64,000 nucleotides of DNA, from assembly GCF_044704955.1 (NCBI RefSeq), contig NC_091985.1, positions 183,272,001 to 183,336,000 of the forward strand, given 5' to 3'. This DNA comes from Pristiophorus japonicus. Lineage: Eukaryota. Both the position numbers and the translations under genes were made by a program. The first letter of the stretch is position 1. The number at the start of each line of letters is the position of its first letter. Below, piece by piece: positions 38,001 through 49,528 of the stretch. The notes under the pieces are model-generated. The model was not told where the DNA came from and searched no databases. It was given only the letters and a program-made list of their open reading frames with translations.

Positions 38001-39570
38001 GCTCTCCAGCTTAATAAAGAATTCTATCATATTATGGTCACTCTTTCCCAAGGGGCCTCGCACAACAAGATTGCTAATTAGCCCTTTCTCATTACACATC
38101 ACCCAGTCGAGGATGGCCAGCCTGCTAGTTGGTTCCTCGACATATTGATCGAGAAAACCATCCCTAATACACTCCAGGAAATCGTCCTCTACCGCATTGC
38201 TACCAGTTTGGTTAGCCCAATCAATATTTAGATTAAAATCGCCCATGATAACTGCTGTACCTTTATTGCACGCATCCCTAATTTCTTGTTTGATGCTGTC
38301 CCCAACCTCACTACTACTGTCTGGTGTACTGTACACAACTCCCACTAGCGTTTTCCGCCCTTTGATATTCCGTAGCTCCACCCATATTGATTCCACATCA
38401 TCCAAGCGAATGTCCTTCCTTACTATTGCATTAATTTCCTCTTTAACCAGCAATGCCACCCCACTTCCTTTTCTTTTATGTTTATCCTTCCTAAATGTTG
38501 AATACCCATGGATATTGAGTGCCTAACCTTGGTCACACTGGAGCCATGTCTCAATGATGCCAATTACATCATACCCGTTAACTGCTATTTGCGCAGTTAA
38601 TTTGTCCACCTTATTCCAACTACTCCTTGCGTTGAGGCACAGAGCCTTCAGGCTTGCCTTTTTAACACACTTTGCCCCTTTAGAATTTAGACCCTCCTAT
38701 TTCACATCTACATGCTGCCCTTGGGCGACATTATCCGAAAACACAACCTCAGGTTCCACTTGTATGCTGTCGACACCCGGCTCTCGCTCAGCACTAGCTG
38801 TCTCGATACCTCCAATATTGGAATTTTCAAACTGCTGGTCCTAAATTGCGCACTGGATGAGCAGATATTTTCTCTAATTAAATGTGAGAAAGACTGAAGC
38901 CATTGTCCTCGGTCCCCACCACAAACTGCATCCCTGAGCCATTGATTCCCTGCCCCTCTAGAACGATTATCCGTAGCTCAACCAGACGGTCCACATCCTC
39001 GATGGCTTATTTGGCCCTGTGCTGAGCTTTCAACTTCAATCCCATCACCAAGATCCTCGACTTCCACTTCCGTAACATCGCCCATCTCTGTCACTGTCAC
39101 AGCCCATCTGCTGCTGAATCTCTCAGCAAGACCTTTGTTACCTCCAGACTCGACAATTCCAATGCTCACCTGGACGTCCTCATATTTTGCTCCCGACATC
39201 AACATGGACTCATCCAAAATTCTGCTGCCCGTATCCTCACTCACACCAAGTCCCATTCACCAATTCCCCCTGTACTCGCTGAACCTACCTTTCCTCACGG
39301 TCTCACAACGACATTTAAAATTGTTATCCTTCTATTCAAATCCCTCCAAGACCTCGCCGCACCCTCTCTCTGGCCCTCCGAGGTATCTGCACTCCTTCAA
39401 TGTGTCCTCTTGCGCATCTCCGGTGTCCTTCATCCCTCGATTGATGGACAGTCCGTCAGCTGCGTGACACTAAGCTCCGAAATTCCCTCCCTCAACCTCT
39501 CTGCCTCTGTACTTCTCTCCTCCTCTACGACTCTCCGAAAAAACCTACCTCATTGGTCATGCCTAATTTC
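35090..39570 (+). mobile_element. L2-clade LINE remnant (35090-35746 plus 38692-39570) split by a CR1 insertion
   Basis: KKPTL...ANYRRISNPPFLSKVLE, GEPQGS before the break; LLFHIYMLPLGDIIRKH..FHLYAVDT after it. Confidence 0.8.
35750..38690 (-). mobile_element. CR1 LINE, near-complete ORF2 (endonuclease plus RT), 5'-truncated
   Basis: 285-aa ORF 37602-38459 (endonuclease) and 312-aa ORF 35848-36786 (RT C-terminal half); AATTTAGA at both junctions. Confidence 0.95.
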
Positions 39571-39828
39571 TCCTTATTATAAAATTTAAGCTTATGCACT
39601 AGAGAGGGTGCAGGGTAGATTTACTTGGATGCTGCCTGGAATGGAGAATCTTAGTTATGAGTACAGATTAGATAGGCTGGGTTTGTTCTCATTTGAACAG
39701 AGAAGGTTGAGAGGAAACCTCATTGAGGTGTACAAAATATTGAGGGGCCTGGACATAGTAACCCTGAAGGTTTACGGACCTAGAGCTTGTAATTGGGATT
39801 AGAACATAAGAACTTAAGAAATAATAAG

Positions 39829-42069
39829 TGTTGTGTATGAAGAAAGAGTCAGACTGATCACTGTGAGCTCAAAGTAAAGTGTGACCGTAGTATTTTATTG
39901 CAGGTCCCCAGAGTACCTCTGCAACCTGTGAAGCCTCCTTAAATACCTCTGCTCCCAAAGGATTATGGGATCCCTTGGGACTCCAGGGGATTAGCCCTGT
40001 GGTGGCTGTGCAGAGTAAATACAAGTTTACATATATAACACTCCTCCACAAAGTCAATAGTGTAACTATTTACAATATGAGTCGATCTGGGGCCCTTCTT
40101 CCACTGGTTGATCGTCTCAGTGTGAAAGCTGGCATTGTTGAATCCTTTGTTCGGCCTTAGCTGGGCTGCTGTGCAGCTGGCCTTGCTGGGCTGCCTGGTG
40201 TGTTGGGCCCTAGTGGGCTGCCGTGGATGATGGGTTCTGCTTTGGGGTCAACCGTGGTGCCGGTTGCCACTGGTGTGTATGGTGGGGGATCATAAAAGGT
40301 AGGGTCCAAGGAGGGTTGCGCAGGATAGTCCTTTTATCTGAGTTTCATTTGCTCCAAGTGTTTCTGATGAATGAGTCTATTTGAATGTTGGACCCGAAAC
40401 ACCCTGCTCCCGTCTTTGGCCACGATAGTGCCGGGAAGCCACTTGGGACCTTGTCCATAATTTAATACAAATACAGGATCATTGATTGCAATCTCGCGTG
40501 ACATGCTTGTGCTATCATGGTATGCACTTTGTTGAAGCTGCCTACGTGCCACCTGTTCATGTAGATCAGGGTGAACTAATGAGAGCCTTGTCTTAAGTGC
40601 TCCTTTCATAAGCAGTTCAGCACTGGGATCCCAGTGAGTGAGTGGGGTCTCGTGTGGTAGCTAAGCAGGACTCAGGATAGGTGAGTGTGCAGTGAGCCTT
40701 CAATTACTCTCTTCAAGCCTTGCTTGATGGTTTGCATTGCTCTCTCTGCCTGACCATTGGACGGTGGTTTTAAACGGGGCAGGTGTGACATGTTTGATCC
40801 CGTTACGGGTAATGAATTCTTTGAACTCAGCACTGGTAAAACAGTACTGGCACGTTGTCGCTTATCAGGTCATGATAGGCCGTGTGTGGCAAACATGGCC
40901 TGCAGGCTTTCAGTAGTGGCAGCGGACCTGGTAGTAGACATTATCTCACATTCAATCCACTTGGAGTATGCGTCTGCAATCACGAGGAATATTTTACCCA
41001 AGAACGGATCTGCATAATTGACGTGTACCCTAGACCGCGGTTTGGAGCGCCAAGACCATAAATTAAGCGGCGCCTCCTTGGGTACATTGCTTAACTGTGA
41101 GCATGTATTACATCTGTGAACGCAGGACTCGAAGTCCGCATCGATACCGGGCCACCATACGTAGGATCTGGCTATCGCTTTCATCATTACGCTGCCTGTG
41201 TGGGTACTGTGGAGGTCATTGATGAAGGAGTCTCTGCCCTTCTTGGGGACCATTACTCGATTGCCCCACTGAAGGCTGTCTGCCTGTATAGACATTTCAT
41301 CTTTGCGCCGCTGGAATGGCTTTATCTCTTCCTGCATTTCCACTGGGACACTGGACCAGCTCCCGTGAAGCACATAGCCTTTGATGAGAGATAATAAAAG
41401 GTCCTGGCTTGTCCAGGGTTTGATCTGCCGGGCAGTGACGGGTAATTTCTCACTCTCAAATGCTTCCACAACCATGGCTATATCTGCGGGCTGCACCATT
41501 TCCACCCCCGTAGTGGGCAATGGCAGCCTACTGAGAGCATTGGCGCAGTTTTCTGTACCTGGGTGTGGCAGATGGCATAGTTGTATGCAGACAACATGAG
41601 CGCCCATCTCTGGGTGCGGGCCGATGCATTGGTATTTATCCCTTTACTCTCGGAGAACGGGGATATAAGTGGCTTATGGTCAGTTTCTATTTCGAATTTT
41701 AGCCCAAACAGGTATTTTCTTTAGCCCATAAACACACGATCCCTCTTCTTTTTCAATCATGCTGTAGGCTCTTTAAGCCTTAGACAGACTCCTGGATGCA
41801 TAGGCAACCAGTTGCAGTTTCCCGAAATCAATAGCTTGTTGCAATATACACCCGATGCCATATGACGATACATCACATGCTAGTACCAAACGCTTATATG
41901 GATCATACAACACAAGCAATTTGTTTGAGCATAACAATTTTCTCGCTTTTACAAAGGCATTTTCTTGGCTTTTGCCCCAAACTCATTCGTCCCCTTTTCG
42001 GAGTAAGACATGCAGTGGTTCTAACAGTGTAATGAGACCCGGTAAGAAGTAACCAAAGTAGTTCAGGAG
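39829..42069 (-). mobile_element. Gypsy/Ty3 LTR retrotransposon, 5'-truncated (RT thumb, RNase H, integrase, 3' LTR)
   Basis: GLLNYFGYFLPGL at the break, LVLACD.SSYGIG, ANALSRLP, LH..H.G...WWPGID...C..C, VIADAYSKWIE, GPKWLPG. LTR TG..CA 39829-40040 with purine tract at 40041-40053. Confidence 0.9.
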
Positions 42070-42689
42070 TCCCTGCTTTTATACTCCATCCCCTTTGCAA
42101 TAAAGGCCAATATACCATTGGCTGTACCTGCATACTATTCTTTTGTGTTTCATGCACAAGTACCCCCAGCTCCCACTAGACTTGGTGGCATTTTGTTGAA
42201 CGGCACAGATATAATGGTAAGAACTGCAGGGAATAGAATACGGCCAGGGTGATCTCCTGGACTAGTTTCGATCACCTGGATGGAGCGGAGAGGAATTTTC
42301 CCAGATTTTTCTCTCCCTAAATTGGCCTGGGTTTTTTCTGGTTTTTGCCTCTCCCAGGAGATCATATTGCTCCAGTTGGGATGGAGTGTAAAATGTTTCA
42401 GTATATGGGGTGTTGCAGTTGTTTGAGGCGGACTGGTTGGGCTGGATGCTCTTTGCCTTTCCGTCCTTGTTCATAGGTTTATATGTAACCTCTTGGGCTG
42501 TTGACTAAGTATCGTGCGGCTCTATGTCGGCTGGCATGGACACGATGAGCCAAAATGGTCTCCTTCTGCACTGTAAATTTCTATGATTCTACATGACTAG
42601 CTACCATATTTTGTCTGATGTTTGCTGCAATAAAGCAGACGGGGACGTGTTACTTCATTAAACAAGGTATATAAATGTAATATAAAGGG

Positions 42690-42960
42690 AATATGCTGAA
42701 AATACTCAGCAATTCAGGTATCGTCTTTGGAGAGAGAAGCAGAGTTAGTGTTTCAGGCCTGTGACATTTCTTCCTAACTGGAAAATGTTACAGATGGAAC
42801 AGGTTTTAAACAAGTGCAGGGGCAGGGAAAGTTGGGAGGGGAGGAAACAACAAAAGGGAAGGTCTGAGACAGGTTGTAAGGCAGCACTGATTAAAAGTCA
42901 AAAGGGATCATTGTGCAAGGCAAAAGGAGATGCCGCTCAATTACAGATTGGAAAGACTGA
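42690..42960 (-). mobile_element. Penelope-like terminal fragment
   Basis: GCTGAAAATACTCAGC...GGAGAGAGAAGCAGAGTTAGTGTTTCAGG is homologous to 1560-1630. Confidence 0.5.
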
Positions 42961-43305
42961 AACCATCGTCCTTGGCATCACTGCGCACTCTGTTCCAGAG
43001 CCACCGATTCCACGTCCCAATCCTAGCGACTGTGCGAGGGGCATTTTGCCTTGCACCATCATCCCTTTTGTAATTCCATTATTCCTCCACTCCCATCCCC
43101 ATTGCTTGTCGTTGTATTGGTTAAAACCTGGAGGATGTACAAGAATGAGATGCTGCATTTATAATAACTGGATGTCTGACAATAGATTGAGAATTATTAT
43201 TAGTATAAATAATAAACACTGTGCATTATTATTATTAGTAATAGTATTATTAATAAACGCTGGGGGTTTACTCAGATTCCTGTTATATCTCTCTCTGATC
43301 CCCAG

Positions 43306-43473
43306 GCTGGATGCTGTCGGTCTCACAGATTCTTGTACCAAGGGTCTCGCCTCCGCTCTCAGTACAAACTGTTCACTGATAGTTCTGAACCTGAGATCAA
43401 ACTCACTCACAAACCGATCTGTCCTCGCTCTCTGCCACCTCACACTGACCTGCAGGAGTATGGAGCGGATCCG
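43306..43473 (+). pseudogene. NLR penultimate LRR exon (168 bp)
   Basis: LDAVGLTDSCTKGLASALSTNCSLIVLNLRSNSLTNRSVLALCHLTLTCRSMERI; CCCCAG acceptor, GTGAGT donor. Confidence 0.9.
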
Positions 43474-43645
43474 GTGAGTGTTTGTGTTAATGTTTAATGT
43501 AACAAATAACATATGAATGGGATTCAGTCACTATTTATTGGTAATATATGTCAGTAATTATTATTGAAATATTACCCCAGTCTCGCTGTTATTTACACTG
43601 TTGTTCAATCTATTTATTTCCTGCTAAATCTTTAATCTGTTGCAG

Positions 43646-43718
43646 GTTGGGGATGAATCAGTTCAGTTCAACTGGAAAAAGACACGTGGAGTTGCTACGG
43701 GAATCCAGACCCGTGTGA
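43646..43718 (+). pseudogene. NLR terminal coding exon
   Basis: TTGCAG acceptor; LGMNQFSSTGKRHVELLRESRPV* with TGA at 43716-43718. Confidence 0.8.
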
Positions 43719-45168
43719 ACATGTCACTTTATGACCATCACTGCTCTCATTGTGTGAACATTTCACTGTATAACCAACACTGCTCTTATTGTGTGAACAT
43801 TTCACTGTATGACCATCACTGCTTTCATTATATGAACATTTCACTGTATGACCATCACTGCTCTAATTGTGTGAACATTTCACTATATGACCATCACTGC
43901 TCTCATTGTGTGAACATTTCACTGTATGACCATCACTGCTTTCATTATATGAACATTTCACTGTATGACCATCACTACTCTCATTGTGTGAACATTTCAC
44001 TGTATGACCATCACTGCTCTCATTGTGTGAACATTTCACTGTATGACCATCACTGCTTTCATTATAAGAACATGTCACTGTATGACCATCACTGCTTTCA
44101 TTATATGAACATGTCACTGTATGACCATCACTGCTTTCATTATATGAACATTTCACTGTATGACCATCACTGCTTTCATCATATGAACATGTCACTGTAT
44201 GACCATCACTGCTTTTATTATATGAACATGTCACTGTATGACCATCACTGCTCTAATTGTGTGAACATTTCACTGTATGACCATCACTGCTCTCATTGTG
44301 TGAACATTTCACTGTATGACCATCACTGCTCTAATTGTGTGAACATTTCACTATATGACCATCACTGCTCTCATTGTGTGAACATTTCACTGTATGACCA
44401 TCACTGCTTTCATTATATGAACATTTCACTGTATGACCATCACTACTCTCATTGTGTGAACATTTCACTGTATGACCATCACAGCTCTCATTGTGTGAAC
44501 ATTTCACTGTATGACCATCACAGCTCTAATTGTGTGAACATTTCACTGTATGACCATCACAGCTCTAATTGTGTGAACATTTCACTGTATGACCATCACT
44601 GCTCTCATTGTGTGAACATTTCACTGTATGACCATCACTGCTTTCATCATATGAACATGTCACTGTATGACCATCACTGCTTTCATTATATGAACATGTC
44701 ACTGTATGACCATCACTGCTTTCATTATATGAACATTTCACTGTATGACCATCACTGCTCTAATTGTGTGAACATTTCACTGTATGACCATCACTGCTCT
44801 CATTGTGTGAACATTTCACTGTATGACCATCACTACTCTCATTGTGTGAACATTTCACTGTATGACCATCACTGCTCTAATTGTGTGAACATTTCACTGT
44901 ATGACCATCACTGTTCTCATTGTGTGAACATTGTACTGTATGACCATCACTGCTCTCATTATATGAACATTTCACTGTATGACCATCACTGCTCTAATTG
45001 TGTGAACATTTCACTGTATGACCATCACTGCTCTCATTGTGTGAACATTTCACTGTATGACCATCACTGCTCTCATTGTGTGAACATTTCACTGTATGAC
45101 CATCACTGCTCTAATTGTGTGAACATTTCACTGTATGACCATCACTGCTCTCATTATATGAACATTTT
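43712..45168. repeat. 39-bp minisatellite, about 37 copies, starting at the NLR stop codon
   Basis: Unit TGTGTGAACATTTCACTGTATGACCATCACTGCTCTCAT with a few alternating variants and no spacers. Confidence 0.97.
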
Positions 45169-45475
45169 GGGCCGATTTCCTGCCCCTCCCCTTTAAACTC
45201 ACACGCTCCAGGTTTAAATCCTAACGGCCCTTTAATGGTTTCCCGCATGAGCTGAGCAAGTGTCATCTCCCATTATGATGTCAGAGGCCCCGCCACAGGG
45301 TCACGTGACTCAGCCGCACCGTCCCACAGCGCTGCTTCTGCAGGATATCCGGGGCTGAATGTTCCCCAATGGGGCACTGGCGAAATGCACAGACAGGAAG
45401 GGCCCAGGGTGGGGCTCAATCTGGGCTGCAGTGGGACAGTGACAATTGTGCTCAGTATTCCTGGGTGTGTATCCC

Positions 45476-45615
45476 AGTGAGGTGTCAGACTCTGTGACAA
45501 GTGTCCCTGTGTACAGTGTGTAACTCGCAGTGAGGAATCAGACTCTGTAACAAGTGTCCCTGTGTACAGTGTGTCTCTCCCAGTGAGGAGTCAGACTCTG
45601 TAACAAGTGTCCCTA
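45476..45615. repeat. 53-bp tandem repeat, about 2.5 copies
   Basis: CAGTGAGG..TCAGACTCTGT.ACAAGTGTCCCTGTGTACAGTGTGT repeated. Confidence 0.8.
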
Positions 45616-45898
45616 CAACTCTCCGGGAACTATCCACTCCTCTGACCTATTGTGCATCCTCCATTTTCATCGCTCCACTGTTGCGCCCATGTGTTCAGCA
45701 GCCAAGGTCCTAAACTCTGCAATTCCCTTCCTAAACCTCTTCGCAGATCTACCTCCTCACCTCCTTCTTCAAAAGCTTCTTAAAACCTACTTTTCACTGA
45801 GCTTTTGGTCATCCGTCTTACCATCGCTTTATGTGGCTCAGTCTTAATTATTTCTGATAATTGCCTTGTGATGTTTCATTACTTTAACGCCGCTCAAC

Positions 45899-47228
45899 GG
45901 GCCCAAGTTTCCACACGCGCCTAGAACGGCGCAGTCCCGACCTGGACGCCCGTTTTTCGCGCCACAAAGTGCGCCTAAAAAAATCCTCGGTATTCTCCAC
46001 CTACTTGCAGGTCCTCTGGCCCTCGGCGCAGCCAGCACGAGCTGTGGGGGGGGGGGGGGCGGAGCCAGGTCCCTGCGCTGAAAACAGTGCCGGGACCTCT
46101 GCACATGCGCGCTACAGTGGGCACGCAAGTGCAGTAGCTCCAGGCGCCGAACTGTGTGGGAGGGGCCCGAAGCACGCAGCCCCTAGCCCTGGCTGAATGG
46201 CCTCACTGGGGCTGCGTGAATAAGGCTCCTCCCACGGCCAGCTCCTGCTGCCCCCCCGACCAGACCCGACACTCGCTCCCCGCCCCCGCCCTGCCTCCGG
46301 ACCAGACCCGACACCCGCGCCCCCCCCCACCCCGACTGACCCGACCCGACCCGCGCTCCTGTTCCCGCTCCCCCCCCCCCCCCGACTGGACCCAACCCGA
46401 CCCGTGCTCCCGTCCCCCGACCCGACCCCCCCCCCCAATGGACCCGATCCGACTCCCGCTCCCGGACTGGATCCGACCTGACCTCCCCCNNNNNNNNNNN
46501 NNNNNNNNNNNNNNNNNNNNNNNNNNNNNNNNNNNNNNNNNNNNNNNNNNNNNNNNNNNNNNNNNNNNNNNNNNNNNNNNNNNNNNNNNNNNNNNNNNNN
46601 NNNNNNNNNNNNNNNNNNNNNNNNNNNNNNNNNNNNNNNNNNNNNNNNNNNNNNNNNNNNNNNNNNNNNNNNNNNNNNNNNNGACCCGACCCAACCCAAC
46701 CCAACCCAACGCCACCTACCTGTAAATCTGGTGCTGGGGACGGGCCGGCAGCCTTCGGTCCCGAAAGGCCTGCCTGAAGCACTTTCACACAGGTAGAAAG
46801 ATGGTTTATTTAATCTTTTCTTTGCTTATAAATGTTTATTCAGGTTGGATTTATTTGTATAAGTATAAATAAGGATTTATGATAGAATTTAATGACTTCC
46901 CTTCCCCCCCACCTCGTTCTGGACGCCTAATTCGTAACCTGCGCCTGATTTTTTAATGTGCAGAACAGGTTTTTTCAGTTCTACAAAAATCTTCACTTGC
47001 TCCATTCGACTTTAGTTTGGAGTACGTTTTCACTGTGAAAACTTTCAAATCAGGCGTCAGTGGCCGGACACGCCCCCTTTTGAAGAAAAAATTCTGTTCC
47101 AAAGTAGAACTGTTCTACCTGACTAGAACTGCAGAAAAAAAACTTGGAGAATTGCGATTTCTAGGCTAGTCCATTCTCCACCAATTGCTCCTAAAAATCA
47201 GGCGCAAATCATGTGGAAACTTGGGCCC
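45899..47228. mobile_element. MITE-like element (possibly PIF/Harbinger-derived) with CpG-rich CCCGA-repeat core, inserted in an L2 tail
   Basis: TIR GGGCCCAAGTTTCCACACG / CATGTGGAAACTTGGGCCC (18/19). Flanks join to an L2-type tail (...TACTTTAACGCCGCT | TATAAATGCAAGTT). No clean TSD seen. Confidence 0.8.
46490..46682. other. Assembly gap (193 N) in the C-rich core of the MITE
   Basis: Run of N between (C)n/CCCGA repeats. Confidence 1.
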
Positions 47229-47944
47229 TATAAATGCAAGTTAATGTTGTTGTCCCGGTGTTGTGTTAATAAAACCCCACCGCTTACTTCAGCTCGCACC
47301 TGGTCTCCTCGTTATTTTCATCTAAACTGGCTTCATTGTTTTAATATATTAAATAAAGTTTCATCAAAAGTACATCACACCTTCTCCAAAATGCATTGTA
47401 GACGCGACCTGTCGTTCTATTGCACCGGGTGATCTTACTCTGGAGGGTGGATATGTAATTTAATGATCTGTTGGAGACATGGGCAAGGGGCTGACAGAGC
47501 ACCCGTCCCATCTCATTAATCACCCTTGGCTGCGTATCATCTGGACCTTGCACGTATCAGGATTAAACCGCACAGCAACTCTGCTGTCCGTGAAGAGAGA
47601 CGAGAGAGAGACCAAAGCGCTGTTTGCCCCTCTCAGTGTGTCCCTGAAGGACTGTGCCCAGGCTGAAATTCTCCCCCCATACGACCCTCCCCCCAGATCG
47701 TCCTTTCTCAGCTCCAGCCAGATGATGCTAAACACTCAGGTGGCAAAGACAAAAATCCACAGCACTGTGTTGAAAGCAACACTAATTTATTTTGTCTCTA
47801 TCCCAAATATTAAACTCCAGTCCCATTACAGGAGTTATTAACATCAGCGTTACAGGAGTTATAAACCCCAACTGTCAGAATGAACACGAATCAGTCCGGG
47901 ATGTGATAAACAGCAGCAATAACAGCAGAATCCAAACCCTGCAG

Positions 47945-48742
47945 TCACTTATGAGCTCGCTGGTATCTCAGCAGGTGGGATGACCGAGTGAATCGCTTCC
48001 CACACTCAGAGCAGTTGAATGACCTCGCCCCAGTGTGAACTTGCTAGTGTATCAGGAGGTGCTGTTTGCTTTTAAAACTTTTCTCACAGGCAGAACTTTG
48101 AAACGGTCTCTCCACAGTGCGAACTCGCTGCTGTGTCAGCAGGTAGGATAATGCAGTGAATCCATTCCCACACCCGGAGCAGCTGAACGACCTCTCCCCA
48201 GTGTGAACTCGCTGGTGTGTCCGTAGGTGGGATGACCGAGTGAATCTCTTCCCACAGTCGGAGCAAGTGAATGGCCTTGCCCCGGTGTGAACTAGCTGGT
48301 GTGCCAGCAGGTCAGATGAATAAGTGAATCTGTTCCCACAGTCTGAGCAGGTGAACGGCCTCTCCCCGGTGTGAACTCGCTGGTGTGTCAGCAAGTGGAA
48401 TGGCTGAGTGAATCCTTTCCCACAGTTGGAGCAGATGAACGGCCTCTCCCCAGTATGAATTCGGCGATGTGTTTCCAGCTGGGACAGGTAGTTGAATCAT
48501 TTCCCACAATCTCCACATTTAACTGGTTTCTCCCAGTGTGACTGCACAGGTTGGATGATCGGCTGAAGCCTTATCCTCACTCGGAGCACGTGTACCGTTT
48601 CTCCCCACTGTAAACGGTGCCTTCTGCTTCTATGGTCAAAAGCCGATGATATTCCAGTCCGGATATATCGACTGACTCTGTCAGATCTTGAGGTGATGTT
48701 TGGTTTGAGCTTCCAGTCTACAAATCCTCCCCTTTTAACACC
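47945..48742 (-). pseudogene. C2H2 zinc-finger gene exon with premature stops
   Basis: Tandem [21 protein letters not shown] fingers; acceptor AG at 48743-4; stops near 48497 and 48044; natural end ...HK* at 47945. Confidence 0.88.
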
Positions 48743-48854
48743 CTGTTAAGTGAATTTCAAACAGGAAAAAGGGAATGTGAGAGAGAAATCAAAGGCAAAA
48801 ATCAAAACGGGCCACATTGCCACAACATTCTAAATTGTTAACAAAACAAGCCTT

Positions 48855-49528
48855 ATAAGGATTTCCTTCAGTTTCTCGTTCTCACTGGACCCTCGGGCCC
48901 CTCGTATTTCCGGAAGGTTATTTGTGTCTTCCTTCGTGAAGACAGAACCAAAGTATTTTGTTCAATTGGTCTGCCATTTCTCTGTTCCCCATTATAAATT
49001 CACCTGAATCTGACTGCAAGGGACCTACGTTTGTCTTCACTAATCTTTTTATCTTCACATATCTATAAAAGCTTTTGCAGTCAGTTTTTATGTTCCCCAC
49101 AAGCTTCCTCTCGGACTCTATTTTCCCCCTTCTAATTAAAGCCTTTGTCCTCCTCTGCTAAATTATAAAATTCTCCCAGTCCTCAGGTTTGCTGCTTTTT
49201 CTGGCCAATTTATGTGCCTCTTCCTTGGATTTAACACGATCCTTAATTTTCCTTTTTAGGTTCGGTTGAACCATCTTCTCCGTTTTATTTTTACTCCAGA
49301 CAGGGATGTACAAATGTTGAAGTTCATCCATGTGATATTTAAATATTTGCCATTGCCTATCCACCGTCAACCCTTTAAGTATCACTTGCCGGTCTGTTCT
49401 ACCCACTTCACCGAAGTTACCTTTCCTTAAGTTCAGGACCCTAGTCTCTGAATTAACTGTGTCACTCTCCATCTTAATAAAGAAATCTACCGTATTATGG
49501 TCAATCTTCCCCAAGGGGCTTCGCACAA
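48855..49528 (-). mobile_element. CR1 LINE internal fragment
   Basis: PLGKIDHN..ETRVLNLRKGNF and KTNVGPLQSDSGEFIMGN, near-identical to other CR1 copies here. Confidence 0.88.

Larger units (their letters stand above)
22508..43718 (+). pseudogene. NACHT-LRR (NLRP3/NLRP12-like) NOD-like receptor pseudogene, six recognisable exons
   Basis: Exons 22508-24285, 25620-25706, 30247-30417, 33556-33726, 43306-43473, 43646-43718, all joined by phase-2 introns; several frameshifts and stops in the NACHT exon. Confidence 0.9.

Noticed and set aside
35848-38459. Active CR1 reverse transcriptase
   Set aside because: ORF2 is broken by stops and frameshifts, FADD is mutated to FADV, and the element is 5'-truncated.
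42761-43477. 238-aa ORF as one protein
   Set aside because: Only 43306-43473 is an LRR exon; the rest is intronic and repeat-derived.
43712-45168. CRISPR-like array
   Set aside because: Head-to-tail 39-bp units with no unique spacers, no cas genes, vertebrate context.
46112-46788. Gly/Pro-rich ORFs
   Set aside because: They cross the N gap and low-complexity MITE core.
47341-47600. Novel small ORF
   Set aside because: GPDDTQPRVINEM..LCQPLA resembles the CR1 GPDGxHPRVLKE region; an old LINE remnant.
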